DNA of 64,000 nucleotides from Thermoplasmatales archaeon SW_10_69_26 (GCA_003009755.1 PXUB01000038.1:55730-119729), one strand, 5' to 3'; positions 1-10,600 are shown, counted from the first letter of the stretch. The notes: generated from the sequence alone by a model not told the origin. Made by a program: numbers and translations.

Positions 1-2
1 AC

Positions 3-848
3 TGGTACTTCCCCCACTACCGCGATCCCGGCGTCGCGCTGTACCGGGGCGCCTCGATCGAGGAGATGGTCCACCAGTGCTACGGCACCGGCGAGGATCG
101 GATGCAGGGGCGCCAGATGCCGAACCACTACAGCTTCGAAGAGCTCAACTTCTACTCCATCAGCTCCCCCGTCGCCACGCAGATCCCCCACGCGGTCGGC
201 GCCGCCTACGCCGCCGATCTCGAGGGCGACGACGTCGTCACGGGCGTCAGCTTCGGCGACGGCTGCACCAGCGAGGGGGACTTCCACGTCGGCATGAACT
301 TCGCGGGCGTCTGGGACACGCCGACCGTGTTCCTGTGCGAGAACAACCAGTGGGCGATCTCGGTCCCCAACGAGAAGCAGACCGGCTCGGAGACGTTCGC
401 CCAGAAGGCCGACGCCTACGGCTTCGAGGGCCGCCGCGTCGACGGCAACGACGTGCTGGCCATGTACGCCGAGGCCAAACGCGCCGTCGAGAGCGCCCGC
501 GAGGGCGAGGGCCCGACGCTGATCGAAGCCCTCACCTACCGCATGGGACCGCACAGCTCCTCGGACGATCCCGACCGCTACGTTCCCCAGGAGGAGATCG
601 AGGCCTGGGCCGGGCGCGACCCGATCGACCGCTTCCGCACGTTCCTGATCGAGCAAGGCGTGATCACGGAGACCGAGGACGAGCAGATGCACGAACGCAT
701 CACGGACGAGATCGAGGCGGGCGTCCAGTCGGCCGAGGACGCCGAGGGGCCCACGATCCAATCGATGGTCGAGGACGTCTACGACGAGGTGCCCTGGCAC
801 CTCCAAGAACAGGCAGACGACCTCAAGCGCTTCTACGAGGAGGACTGA
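3..848 (+). CDS. bkdA1: 2-oxoacid dehydrogenase E1 alpha subunit (branched-chain type; PdhA/BkdA1 family), 5'-truncated by the window edge
   Basis: TPP motif GDG..SEGDFH...NNQWAIS; GRQMPNHY typical of BCKDH alpha; YRMGPHSSSDD; frame open from position 3. Confidence 0.9.
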   Translation, partial: WYFPHYRDPGVALYRGASIEEMVHQCYGTGEDRMQGRQMPNHYSFEELNFYSISSPVATQIPHAVGAAYAADLEGDDVVTGVSFGDGCTSEGDFHVGMNFAGVWDTPTVFLCENNQWAISVPNEKQTGSETFAQKADAYGFEGRRVDGNDVLAMYAEAKRAVESAREGEGPTLIEALTYRMGPHSSSDDPDRYVPQEEIEAWAGRDPIDRFRTFLIEQGVITETEDEQMHERITDEIEAGVQSAEDAEGPTIQSMVEDVYDEVPWHLQEQADDLKRFYEED

Positions 849-851
849 CAC

Positions 852-1826
852 ATGCCGGAGATGACGCTGGTCGACTCGGTGAACGATGCCCTGCACACGG
901 CGATGGACGAGGACGACCGCGTCGTCGTCATGGGCGAGGACGTCGGCGTGAACGGCGGCGTGTTCCGCGCCACCGAAGGCCTGCACGACAGCTACGGCGA
1001 GGAGCGCGTGATCGACACGCCGCTGGCCGAGGCCGGCATCGTCGGTACCGCGCTCGGCATGGCCATGTACGGCCTGCGCCCGGTGCCCGAGATCCAGTTC
1101 ATGGATTTCATCTACCCCGGGTTCGACCAGATCGTCAACGAGATCGCCAAGCTCCGCTACCGGTCCGGCGATCAGTACGAGGCGCCCATGGTCATCCGCA
1201 CGCCCTACGGCGGCGGGATCCGGGGTGGCCACTACCACAGCCAGTCCAGCGAGGCCTACTTCACGCACACGCCCGGCCTCAAGATCGTCGTCCCCAGCAC
1301 GCCCCAGGACACGAAGGGCCTGCTGTTGAGCGCGATCGAGGACCCCGACCCGGTCATGTTCCTCGAGCCCAAGCGCGTCTACCGCGCCGTCAGCGACGAC
1401 GTCCCCGAGGGCCACTACACCGAACCGATCGGCGAAGCCCGCCTCGCCCGCGAGGGCGAGGACGTGACCCTGATCGCGTACGGCGCGATGCACCACGTCG
1501 CCATGGAGGCGGCCGAACGAGCCGCCGACGAGGGCGTCAGCTGCGAGGTCGTCGACCTGCGCACCCTGGTGCCCTTCGACCGTGAGACGCTCGAGGAATC
1601 CGTCACGAAGACCGGCCGCGCCGTCATCGTCCAGGAAGCCCCCCGCACGGCCGGGTTCGCCGCCGAGCTGTCCGCGTTCCTGCACGAGGAGTGCATCCTG
1701 CACATGATCGCACCCGTCCAACGCGTCACAGGCCTGGACACCCCGTTCCCGTACACGCTGGAGGAGGAGTACCTCCCCACACCCACGCGCGTCCTGGATG
1801 CGATCGACGAGACCCTGACCTATTGA
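852..1826 (+). CDS. bkdA2: 2-oxoacid dehydrogenase E1 beta subunit (PdhB/BkdA2)
   Basis: GEDVGVNGGVFRAT, DTPLAE, EIQFMDF, HSQS motifs; directly follows E1 alpha. Confidence 0.93.
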   Translation: MPEMTLVDSVNDALHTAMDEDDRVVVMGEDVGVNGGVFRATEGLHDSYGEERVIDTPLAEAGIVGTALGMAMYGLRPVPEIQFMDFIYPGFDQIVNEIAKLRYRSGDQYEAPMVIRTPYGGGIRGGHYHSQSSEAYFTHTPGLKIVVPSTPQDTKGLLLSAIEDPDPVMFLEPKRVYRAVSDDVPEGHYTEPIGEARLAREGEDVTLIAYGAMHHVAMEAAERAADEGVSCEVVDLRTLVPFDRETLEESVTKTGRAVIVQEAPRTAGFAAELSAFLHEECILHMIAPVQRVTGLDTPFPYTLEEEYLPTPTRVLDAIDETLTY

Positions 1827-1837
1827 GGTGACACACG

Positions 1838-3172
1838 TTGACCGAGGACTTCCACTTCGAGCTTCCCGACGTCGGTGAAGGCGTTCACGAGGGCGAGATC
1901 GTCAACTGGCTCGTCAGCGAGGGCGATCAGGTCGACGAAGACCAGGACATCGTCGAGGTCATGACCGACAAGGCGACCGTCCAGATCTCCGCTCCCGTCG
2001 CCGGCACGATCAAGGAGCTGCGTTACGACGAGGGCACCGTCGTCGACGTCGGCGACGTCTTCGTCGTCATCGGTCCCGAGGGCGCGGTCGAGACCGACGA
2101 GGAGGAGACCGCCGACACCGGCGGTGAAGACGGCGCCCCCGAGGCCGAGGCCGGCGAGACCGAGGCCGAGGAGGACGAGGACGAGGACAAGACCCTCTTC
2201 GAGCTGCCCGAGGGGCCCGGCGGCTCCGAGGACGAGCGCCGGCCCGCGCGTCAGCGCGAGTCCACGCCGTCGAGGTCGGGTGAGGTCCTCGCGATGCCGC
2301 GCGTTCGCCACGCCGCCAAGGACCGCGGCGTCGACCTGGCCAGCGTGCAAGCCACCGGCTCCCAGGGCCACGTCACCCTGCAGGATCTCGAGGCCTACCT
2401 CGAGGGCGAGGCCGGCGGCTTCGAGCTCGAGCACTTCGACTTCGACCTGCCCTCCGTCGACCGTGACCAGGCGCGCGAGGTCGAGCCGCTCAAGGGCCTG
2501 CGCAAGCGCATCGCGGAGAACATGACGCGCGCGAAGACCCTGCAGCCGCACTTCACCTACGTCGACGAGCTCCGCGCCGACGAGCTCGTCTCCACGCGCA
2601 ACGAGCTCAAGCAGCTCGGCGAGAAGCGCGACGTCAACGTCACCTACCTGCCCCTGCTCGTCAAGGCCGTCGTCCGCGCCCTCCGCGAGCACCCGCGCTG
2701 CAACGCGCTCATCGACGAGGAAGACCAACAGCTGGTGATCAAGCAGCCGATCAACGTCGGCATCGCCGTCGCCACCGACCGCGGCCTCGTCGTCCCCGTC
2801 GTCAAGAACGCCGACGAGAAGACCCTGCTCGAGATCGCCTCGGAGATCGAGACGCTCGCCCAGAAAGCCCACGAGAACCGTCTCTCGATGGACGACCTCA
2901 CCGGCGGCACGTTCACGATCACCAGCCTCGGCGCCGTCGGCGGCATGCTGGCGACCCCGATCCTGTTCCATCCCCAGGTTGCCATCATGGGCGTCCACGC
3001 CATCCGCGATGAACCCGTCGTCGAGGACGGCGAGGTCGTGCCCGGCAAGAAGATGAACCTCTCGTTCACCTTCGACCACCGCATCGTCGACGGCTACGAC
3101 GGTGCCCTGTTCGCCCAGGACGTCAAGAAGTACCTCGAGGACCCGAACCTGTTGCTGCTCGAGGGCCGCTGA
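1838..3172 (+). CDS. bkdB: dihydrolipoamide acyltransferase E2
   Basis: lipoyl domain EVMTDKA, E3-binding segment, catalytic DHRIVDG; TTG start with GAGGTG SD. Confidence 0.93.
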   Translation: MTEDFHFELPDVGEGVHEGEIVNWLVSEGDQVDEDQDIVEVMTDKATVQISAPVAGTIKELRYDEGTVVDVGDVFVVIGPEGAVETDEEETADTGGEDGAPEAEAGETEAEEDEDEDKTLFELPEGPGGSEDERRPARQRESTPSRSGEVLAMPRVRHAAKDRGVDLASVQATGSQGHVTLQDLEAYLEGEAGGFELEHFDFDLPSVDRDQAREVEPLKGLRKRIAENMTRAKTLQPHFTYVDELRADELVSTRNELKQLGEKRDVNVTYLPLLVKAVVRALREHPRCNALIDEEDQQLVIKQPINVGIAVATDRGLVVPVVKNADEKTLLEIASEIETLAQKAHENRLSMDDLTGGTFTITSLGAVGGMLATPILFHPQVAIMGVHAIRDEPVVEDGEVVPGKKMNLSFTFDHRIVDGYDGALFAQDVKKYLEDPNLLLLEGR

Positions 3173-3245
3173 CGTCGCCCGGGCCCCGGCCAGCCGCCGC
3201 CGGCACCCGTCAAGCCTTTGAGACGGGTGCGGGTTGGCCCTCGCG

Positions 3246-3803
3246 ATGCTGGAGACCCCCGTCCTGGCGTTGACGATGGGCACGTGGACGATGCTCGGCC
3301 TGCTGGGCGTGTTCGCGCTCGTCGGGCTCGTCGCCTTGACGAGCAAGGGCCACGACCCGGCGGCAAGCCACGGCGAGCGTCGCCGCTACGTCTTCGGGCT
3401 CGGCAAGTACCCGCGCCTGCACGCTCTCCCCGAGCTGCGTGATCTGCCCGCCACCGTCGAACCGCTCGGCCCCGAGGGCCTCCGCAAGCTCGGCAAGAAG
3501 GCCGATGCCACGACCGGGCTCACCACGACCAAGTACCGCATCCCCGAGGGTCGACGTCCCTGGCAGCTGTCCGCCGACATCCCGGATACGGTCGAGGCGA
3601 TCGAGATCGAGCGCGAGGGCGGCCGGCTTTGGTTCACCGCCGACGGCCACCTCACCGCCGAGCCGCCGCTCACCGAGGACGAGCTCGACACGGTCGGCGA
3701 TCTCCTCTACGACGTCGAGGACCGCCCCGATCTCCGCGCCGACCGACGAACGTGGGCCCACAGCGTCGAGAGCCCCGAGAAGATCAACGCGAAGCGCGTG
3801 TGA
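3246..3803 (+). CDS. hypothetical protein with N-terminal membrane anchor
   Basis: genome-typical codon usage, hydrophobic N-terminal helix; start uncertain (3234/3246/3276). Confidence 0.65.
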   Translation: MLETPVLALTMGTWTMLGLLGVFALVGLVALTSKGHDPAASHGERRRYVFGLGKYPRLHALPELRDLPATVEPLGPEGLRKLGKKADATTGLTTTKYRIPEGRRPWQLSADIPDTVEAIEIEREGGRLWFTADGHLTAEPPLTEDELDTVGDLLYDVEDRPDLRADRRTWAHSVESPEKINAKRV

Positions 3804-3972
3804 GGCCCGACTTTCGCTGGGGCTGGGCGGCCCCTCCCGCGCTTGGTCTCCCTGCTTTCCCTCCAGCCTTAGAATCGTCGGTCCTCGGGCTTGACTGGTG
3901 AGCCCGGCCTCCTCCTCCGGCGCAGGGGTCCGTGTCCCGTGGACGGCCCGTTCCAGCACCTGAGTTCACGCG

Positions 3973-4770
3973 CCGCTGTCATGGTAAGCGGGTGGACGGG
4001 TCTTGGTTGAACAGCCAGGCGAACGCCTGAGCCCACGCCTCGACCTCGTCTCTCGAGGCGTTGGCCGGCCAGCGTCTGCGGAACGGGCCGATCCGCTCTT
4101 TGAGCAGGCCAAACCAGGTTTCCACGGTGTTGCGGACCCCGCCCGCGGTGACCTGCCACGCCAAGCCCAGCACGTTGAGCGGCCAGGGGTACCACACGCC
4201 CCGGTCGACGTGGATCGCCGGCCGGTTGTCACACCGGGCCAACACGCCCTTCACAAAGCCCAGGGCCTCCACGCTGCTGCGGCCCTGAGTGAGGGCGACG
4301 TGGACGAGTTGCTGGGTATCAGGGTCGACGGCGGCCCACAGGAACAGCTCGGTGAGATGATCGCCGGCATCCTTGTCGCACTCCTCGGGCCACTCGGATC
4401 GGGGTTGCTCGATGGGCAGACTGGTCTCGTCAATGACCAGCCGCTCGTGGCGTTGGACGGATTGCTCGCGGAACAGGTGGCTGGCGCGGCGGTACCAGGC
4501 GCTGATCGGGTTGTACGTGACCGGTTCAGCAAGCAGCGACACCAGTTGGCTGGTTCGCCGGCAGCTTAGGCCCGCGTGGTGCAGCAACAGGCTGAGGGCG
4601 CGGGTTCGGGGTTGCTTGCGGTCACGGTCGAAGATGTCTTCTTGGGTGAGGCGCTGGGTGAGCGTGCCGAGCAGGGCGTCGTTTTGGTGGAACACAACGG
4701 GCCCTGCTCGATGTTCTTCCTCGTTGTTGTGGTTCGTGTTCGGGTGGCTCCCCGCTTAACTAGACAGTCC
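3973..4770 (-). mobile_element. IS6-family insertion sequence (~800 bp)
   Basis: imperfect TIRs CCGCTGTCATGGTAAGCGGG (3973-3992) and GGACTGTCTAGTTAAGCGGG (revcomp 4751-4770), 14/20 identical; encloses a DDE transposase; no matching flanking direct repeat. Confidence 0.8.
3979..4695 (-). CDS. IS6-family DDE transposase
   Basis: VIDET / LWAAVD / HVDRG..Y / NTVETWFG.LK.R motifs; stop codon falls inside the TIR. Confidence 0.88.
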   Translation of the reverse strand: MFHQNDALLGTLTQRLTQEDIFDRDRKQPRTRALSLLLHHAGLSCRRTSQLVSLLAEPVTYNPISAWYRRASHLFREQSVQRHERLVIDETSLPIEQPRSEWPEECDKDAGDHLTELFLWAAVDPDTQQLVHVALTQGRSSVEALGFVKGVLARCDNRPAIHVDRGVWYPWPLNVLGLAWQVTAGGVRNTVETWFGLLKERIGPFRRRWPANASRDEVEAWAQAFAWLFNQDPSTRLP

Positions 4771-4819
4771 GTGGGAGTCCGCTAGGAACATTTAAGTCAT
4801 GGTCCGAGGACGACAGGCT

Positions 4820-6376
4820 ATGCCGCGGATGTCTCTCGGCATCGTGGCGGCCTTGGTCCTTCTCCCAGGTTCGTCGATTCAGGCCGTGGCCTTTGGTATT
4901 TCTCCGGATGTAAACCCGGGCCAGGCAGCTGTAGAGATAGAAGAGGATCTGGCCCTGGCTCCCCGCGGAAGTATTGTGATTGAGGGCGACGAAGACTTTG
5001 AAGAGCGAACCGAGATCAGCGGCGTCCGTGGTGGGACCGGAAGCCCTGACGATCCCTATGTCATCAGTAACTGGACGATCGCATCCACTGGTAGTGTTGG
5101 TATTCAACTCCGAGACACCAGTGCCCATGTTGTGATCCAAGATATCTTAGTCTCAGGCACTCCGCCAGCAACCTATGGGATCCATCTGGAAGGGGCAGAG
5201 AATGTAACTATCCGGGATGTCCACATCGCGAGAACAAGCACGTTCCACACTCCCTTGGATGACATTCGAACTGGGATCATGGTCGAAGACTCCTCGAATG
5301 TGAAAATCGAGCGGAGCCAGATAGCGCCCCTCAGCACGGACCGCAGCCGCGCCTTCGTAATTGGATTGAGGGTGATGGATAGCACCCAGGTTGTTACCGA
5401 GAACGTGAGTATTGAGGCCGCTCGGACTCCCATTTCGGTCCAGCGGTCTTCGGCTCTTCGTGTAGCGTCAAGTACTCTGGCGGAGGATCCTGAAGAGCTT
5501 GTCGGGGATACGACAGTGTATCTCTTCCGTCCGGAGAACGTGACATTTGAGGAAGTTCTCTTTGACGGGGTTGGGTTGGATACTGAAGATACCACCAATC
5601 TCACATTCAGGCGAAACGTAATTGCTGCTGACTCGGGTCGCGCTGGCGAGGTCTTCTCAAATCCGTTGGAAAGCGGAATCTCTTCGTTCGGGAAAGCCCA
5701 ATCCATCGAGATTTGTGGGAGTGTCTTTAAGGATTTGACATTCGAGGCTGTGGCGATCGAAGGAGCGAACATAGAGATCCGCGGTAATCAGTTCCTAAAC
5801 AATACAGACGCGCTTTCGATTCGGTCGTTTAGCGGAGGGGCTGAGATCCTACGCAATGAGTTCAAGGCCGTTGACCAGAACCTGGATCTCAAGTCCCCTG
5901 CTGCTCAAGTCCACGAGAACTCTTTCCCGGAGGACGCTTTCGACTCCTCTTTGTTTGTCAACGATACCAACGCCTCAGGGAATTGGTGGGGCCACCCGAG
6001 CGGGCCGTCGGTCGAGGGGGAGTCTGAGTCGGGTGAAGGCCATCCTGTACATATCCTCTCGGCGAATGTCACGTTCGCTCCAAACTTGACGGCCGAACCC
6101 GAAACCGGGCCCTCATCGGTCGATTGTGGTGGCCACGAAGGTCCTGTTGGTGTCCAGGCCAAGCCGAATCTGGTAGCCAGTGCCCGCGCTGGGGTGCATC
6201 TCTCCTCCAACCTAAACGAGAAGGTGGGCTCGGTCCACCTCAAGGCGAAGGCCAAGGTATCGACGGATGCAGAAACGTTCGAGGTATCGATACCCGAGCA
6301 GACACCGTCTCCGCTTAGCGAGGGGGCGGAGACGCGACCGGACGCTCGTGGAAGCCTTCAAGATCGAGGGCGATGA
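4820..6376 (+). CDS. secreted parallel beta-helix (NosD/CASH-like) protein, module 1
   Basis: signal peptide MPRMSLGIVAALVLL; G.GSPDDPY.I; repeated N/S-rich beta-helix turns; NWWG..SGP; TTTAA box near 4790; lower GC. Confidence 0.8.
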   Translation: MPRMSLGIVAALVLLPGSSIQAVAFGISPDVNPGQAAVEIEEDLALAPRGSIVIEGDEDFEERTEISGVRGGTGSPDDPYVISNWTIASTGSVGIQLRDTSAHVVIQDILVSGTPPATYGIHLEGAENVTIRDVHIARTSTFHTPLDDIRTGIMVEDSSNVKIERSQIAPLSTDRSRAFVIGLRVMDSTQVVTENVSIEAARTPISVQRSSALRVASSTLAEDPEELVGDTTVYLFRPENVTFEEVLFDGVGLDTEDTTNLTFRRNVIAADSGRAGEVFSNPLESGISSFGKAQSIEICGSVFKDLTFEAVAIEGANIEIRGNQFLNNTDALSIRSFSGGAEILRNEFKAVDQNLDLKSPAAQVHENSFPEDAFDSSLFVNDTNASGNWWGHPSGPSVEGESESGEGHPVHILSANVTFAPNLTAEPETGPSSVDCGGHEGPVGVQAKPNLVASARAGVHLSSNLNEKVGSVHLKAKAKVSTDAETFEVSIPEQTPSPLSEGAETRPDARGSLQDRGR

Positions 6377-7727
6377 AGAGTTAGCTAAGCATCCGGCAGT
6401 GCGTGGAGGCGATGGCTCACCTGATGATCCCTATCGCATTTCCGATCTACTCGTGATCCAGGACCAGGTGTACGGGCTATGGTTGGCGAACGTGACCAGC
6501 CACGTCGTGATCCAAAACGTGATCGTTGATGGATCCAAGCTGGCGACGACAGAGACTGTTCGGTGTACGACAGACACTGGGGATTGCGGGTTAACGCGGG
6601 GGCTTTTCCTGAATAACGTGACAGATGCTACGGTCCGAGATGTTCGATTAGAGGACCAGTTCTGGGGGGTCCTCGTATCCGAGTCGGGTTCGGTGAATAT
6701 GAAGCGAGTCGAGCTGGGTTTTCCTGCCACGCGAACCCTCAACCCTCTCTCGAACGAGACGGCGACGGCTACCACCTTTACTCGGGGATTCGATGTCTCT
6801 AATACGGGAGAACTGGCCCTGGAGAACGTGACTATCGGTGATGCTAGGGTTACATTCTCGGCTCGAAACATGGAACGGTTAGAGCTGACGAACACAGAGT
6901 TCAACGGTCGCTCGTCGGAAGCTATCGTTCAAAATGTTAGGGAAGTTGAGGTCTCACAGTCGGTATTCTCGAAGGTCCAGCTCTTGGTGGAGGAGCAGTC
7001 TGAAAACGTGACGATCGTTGGGAGTAAGTTCGCGGAGTCTCCTGGGGTCGCGATGCGCGTCCACGCACGTACCGATGCGCCCTCGGTGGAGTTGATCCGT
7101 GTATGCGGGTCCTTCATTCAAAAATCTACAGGGAACGAAGCTCTTGATCTCTCCCGAACCAAACGGGTGGAGGTAATCGGCGCAACGTTCGAGGACACTG
7201 GGGGAGGGATACAAGCCCCGGACGCTAGCGAAGGGATCGAGGTGCGTCACTCGTCGATCACAAACACCTCCGGACCAGGGCTATTGCTTAAAGGATCAGG
7301 TATGGAGGTTCACAACAACTCAATCGCAGGTAACGGCGATGCGAGCATACTAGAGGCTCACGAATGGGGAAACGCCTCTCACAACTGGTGGGGTGATCCA
7401 GATGGGCCGGACATCAAGTTCGAGGAAGGGCCGGGTGATGGGGACGATCTCTGGCCTCCTGTGAATGTCACTTTCCGTCCCTTCCTGTCTGGGCCACCGG
7501 AGACGGGCCCGTCGGCGGTGGATTGCAGGGGTTCGGGGACTGATCCTGGCGTGAAGGCTGAGCCGTCGATTCCTGTCGCCGCCCACGCGGGAGTAGGTAT
7601 CGAGCATACCGTGAATGTCAATGAGAAGATCGCCGACCGCCGCGTGAAGGAGAAGGCCAAAGTGAAGGCGGAGGCCGAGGCCAGTATCGGCCCGGTCGCG
7701 ATCCCCACGGATCCGCTCCCCGAGTGA
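6357..7727 (+). CDS. parallel beta-helix module 2, paralogous to module 1, reached only via a +1 frameshift at ~6356
   Basis: KIEGDEE..VRGGDGSPDDPY, NWWGDPDGP, ETGPSAVDC match module 1; no signal peptide or credible start of its own. Confidence 0.7.
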   Translation, partial: FKIEGDEELAKHPAVRGGDGSPDDPYRISDLLVIQDQVYGLWLANVTSHVVIQNVIVDGSKLATTETVRCTTDTGDCGLTRGLFLNNVTDATVRDVRLEDQFWGVLVSESGSVNMKRVELGFPATRTLNPLSNETATATTFTRGFDVSNTGELALENVTIGDARVTFSARNMERLELTNTEFNGRSSEAIVQNVREVEVSQSVFSKVQLLVEEQSENVTIVGSKFAESPGVAMRVHARTDAPSVELIRVCGSFIQKSTGNEALDLSRTKRVEVIGATFEDTGGGIQAPDASEGIEVRHSSITNTSGPGLLLKGSGMEVHNNSIAGNGDASILEAHEWGNASHNWWGDPDGPDIKFEEGPGDGDDLWPPVNVTFRPFLSGPPETGPSAVDCRGSGTDPGVKAEPSIPVAAHAGVGIEHTVNVNEKIADRRVKEKAKVKAEAEASIGPVAIPTDPLPE

Positions 7728-7862
7728 TCTGGCATATCTAGCCCTGGAGGACACCGGGGCCTCCTTCCCCGATTTCTTTCTCTGATCAGGCAGGTGTCTC
7801 GTCTTCTGTTCCTCTGCCTTCTTTTCTACCACCTCCCCCCTCCAAGTTAGCCTCTGTGCCTA

Positions 7863-8576
7863 GCGGTCACGAGGTACGCGCAGGATCACCGCAACCCCTC
7901 GCTCGAGGGACCCCCGGGCTCGACCACAGGCTTCGGGTTCCTCTGGGGCAACGGTGAGACGACCGATCAAGCGCGAACGGGCCTGCAAGGGGTGAACCTG
8001 GGCCCCGGTGACACCGACGTCACCGGCTTCGGCGCGACCGCGTCGGTCGGCCTGGACCCGTTGAACCCCGACGGGGCCTATGCGGATAGCCCTGTCGGCT
8101 CTGCAGGCGCGACCGTGGGCGCTGTTCCCATCGAAGCCGTGGACGAGGTCGTGTACCACTACAACGTGCCGAACCCGATCTCGGACCCCGATGGGGGTAT
8201 CATCCAGACGTACATCTACGTGCAGAACGAGCCAGGCGCGACGACCTTCGGGTCCAGTCCGATCACCGATCCTTTCGACCCTTCGCAGTTCTCGTGCCTG
8301 ATCTTCGCCACCGAAGTCCCCCTCGAACAGACGGACGGCTGGCAGAGCTTCACCGTGGACGACGACACGCCGATGCACGACGGCGGTGGGGTCTGCGCCG
8401 GTAGCGAGGATGCTCCCACGACGTTCGGGGAGTACAAGGACGCGAACGCAGAGAAGACGCTGCAGACGACGATCGTCCAGACCCGCTCGGAGCCCGGGTC
8501 CACCTGGGAGGCCGGGAACCCCGTGTTCGTCGACGACGTGAGCGCCACCCTCGACCCGAGCCAGCTCGTCGGCTGA
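7863..8576 (+). pseudogene. 5'-truncated acidic (probably extracellular) protein
   Basis: protein-like high-GC frame is open upstream of GTG 7992 back to a TAG at 7848, i.e. to the island border; no proper start. Confidence 0.45.
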
Positions 8577-8949
8577 GGTCCGAGCCCCTGCCCTTCATCG
8601 AGCGGGGGGCCGACGGGCCCGGGGCAAGGAGGCCTCGACCGGGCCGAGGCATCCGCGTCGTCAGCCCGGTGCCTGGCGTGGCGGTGGATGCGGCCCGGGC
8701 AAGGGCCCTCGCGGTCGGCCTCCCCGGTCGGCCTGGGATCCCGGCGCTGGCGCAGCCTCGGAATCGACGGAGGCGACGCGGTCGGCCCCGATCCGATCCG
8801 TCCCCGAGGCATCGCCGGAGTGCTTCACGACCAGCCCGGACCGGCCTGGGTCCGGCCCTCTATGGTCGAGGCCCACCTGCCAACCGGTGAGGGAACGGCG
8901 CGGTCCGAGGCTTTTTCGTCCCCGTCCCCATGCGGGGACGAGAACCGCC

Positions 8950-10332
8950 ATGACAGATGACACCGACCTCCTCGTCGTCGGGGGCGGGCCCGGCGGCTAC
9001 CACGCCGCGATCCGCGCCGCCCAACTGGGCCTCGACGTGACCTGCGTCGACAAGGGCTCCTTCGGCGGGGTCTGCCTGCACTGGGGTTGCATCCCGTCCA
9101 AGGGCCTCATCGGGATGGGCAAGCTCGTCGACGAGATCCGCGAGTGGAGCGAACGCGGCCTCGAGGCGAGCGACCTCGAGGTCGACCTGGCCGAGACCCA
9201 GGAGTGGAAGCAGGGCCAGATCGACCAGCTGGCCCGCGGCGTCAAGCACCTGATGAGCAGCCGCGGCGTCGACGTCCGCGAAGGCACCGTCCGCCTGACC
9301 GGCGAGAACGAGGCCACGATCGACGGTGAACCGATCACGTTCGACCAGGCCCTCATCGCCACCGGCTCCAGCCCGATCGAGCTGCCCCACATCCCCTTCG
9401 ACGGCGAGACGGTGCTCGGCTCGCGCGAAGCGCTGGCGCTCGAGGAACCACCCGAGTCCCTGGCCGTCATCGGCGGCGGCTTCATCGGGCTCGAGATCGG
9501 TCAGTTCTACGAGCAGCTCGGGGCCGACGTCACCGTGGTCGAGATGCTGGACTCGGTCCTCCCCACCGCGGACGACGACCTCGGTGAGGAGCTGGGCCGC
9601 CAGCTCACCAAGCGCGGCCTCACCGTCCACACCCAGACCGAAGCCACCGACGCCGACGTCAGCGACGATGGCGTCCGCCTGAGCCTCGACGGCCCCAAGG
9701 CCGAACAGCTCGAGGCCGAGAAGCTGCTCGTCGCCGTCGGCCGCCAACCCAACACCGAAGGCATCGGCCTGGCCAAGGCCGGCGTCGAGACCGAGGACAG
9801 CGGCCACATCGCGGTCGACGACCAGATGCGCACGAGCAACGACGACATCTTCGCCATCGGCGACACCGTGCCCGGGCCCGCGTTGGCGCACAAGGCCAGC
9901 CACGAGGGCATCCACGCCGCCGCCGTCGCGGCCGGCCAGGACCACGTCGTCGTCGACTACCGCGCCATCCCGTGGTTCTGCTACACCACGCCCGAGGTCG
10001 CCGGCGTCGGCCTCACCGAGGAGGAAGCCCGCAGCCAGCACGAGGACCCGATCGTCGAGCAGTTCCCCTTCGCCGCGCTCGGCAAGGCCAAGATGAGCGG
10101 CCACACCGACGGCTGGGCCAAGGTCATCGCCCGGCAGGACGGCGCGCTGCTCGGCGTCCAGCTCGTCGGGCCCGACGCCACGAACCTCGTCGCCGAGCCC
10201 GCGCTCGCGATCGAGATGGGCGCCACGCTGACCGACGTGGCCGAGACCGTGCACGCCCACCCGACGCTGGCGGAAGTGTTCCTCGAGGCCGCCGAGGCCG
10301 CCCAGGGTCACCCGGTCCACGTCTCCAAGTAG
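8950..10332 (+). CDS. lpdA: dihydrolipoamide dehydrogenase E3
   Basis: GGGPGGY FAD motif, GGVCLHWGCIPSK redox disulfide, GGGFIG, HPTLAE. Confidence 0.95.
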   Translation: MTDDTDLLVVGGGPGGYHAAIRAAQLGLDVTCVDKGSFGGVCLHWGCIPSKGLIGMGKLVDEIREWSERGLEASDLEVDLAETQEWKQGQIDQLARGVKHLMSSRGVDVREGTVRLTGENEATIDGEPITFDQALIATGSSPIELPHIPFDGETVLGSREALALEEPPESLAVIGGGFIGLEIGQFYEQLGADVTVVEMLDSVLPTADDDLGEELGRQLTKRGLTVHTQTEATDADVSDDGVRLSLDGPKAEQLEAEKLLVAVGRQPNTEGIGLAKAGVETEDSGHIAVDDQMRTSNDDIFAIGDTVPGPALAHKASHEGIHAAAVAAGQDHVVVDYRAIPWFCYTTPEVAGVGLTEEEARSQHEDPIVEQFPFAALGKAKMSGHTDGWAKVIARQDGALLGVQLVGPDATNLVAEPALAIEMGATLTDVAETVHAHPTLAEVFLEAAEAAQGHPVHVSK

Positions 10333-10600
10333 ATCGTCTCGCCCGCCTGACGACGTCTCCCTCGGCCACGTGGGTCCGAGGGAGTCCTCCCAGCTTGTCG
10401 CCCCGGTCTGGTTATCGGGAGGGAACGCCCGATCGAGCCAGGCTGGTTCGAGCTCCCGTGAGGGTCTGGATGATCATCGACGGAGCCTGGCCGACGTCTC
10501 GTCCCTCTTCCCGGGTGGGCCTCCCGGCTGGGCGCTTGCTTTCGGGGGGCGAAACCCAATGCTTACATAAGGCGGGGCTGTCGCATGCAACGAGTCCGCC

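Noticed and set aside
10333-10560. Hairpins after lpdA as SRP or RNase P RNA
   Set aside because: Diagnostic SRP helix-8 and RNase P GAGGAAAGUCC motifs not seen; GC-rich stems arise easily
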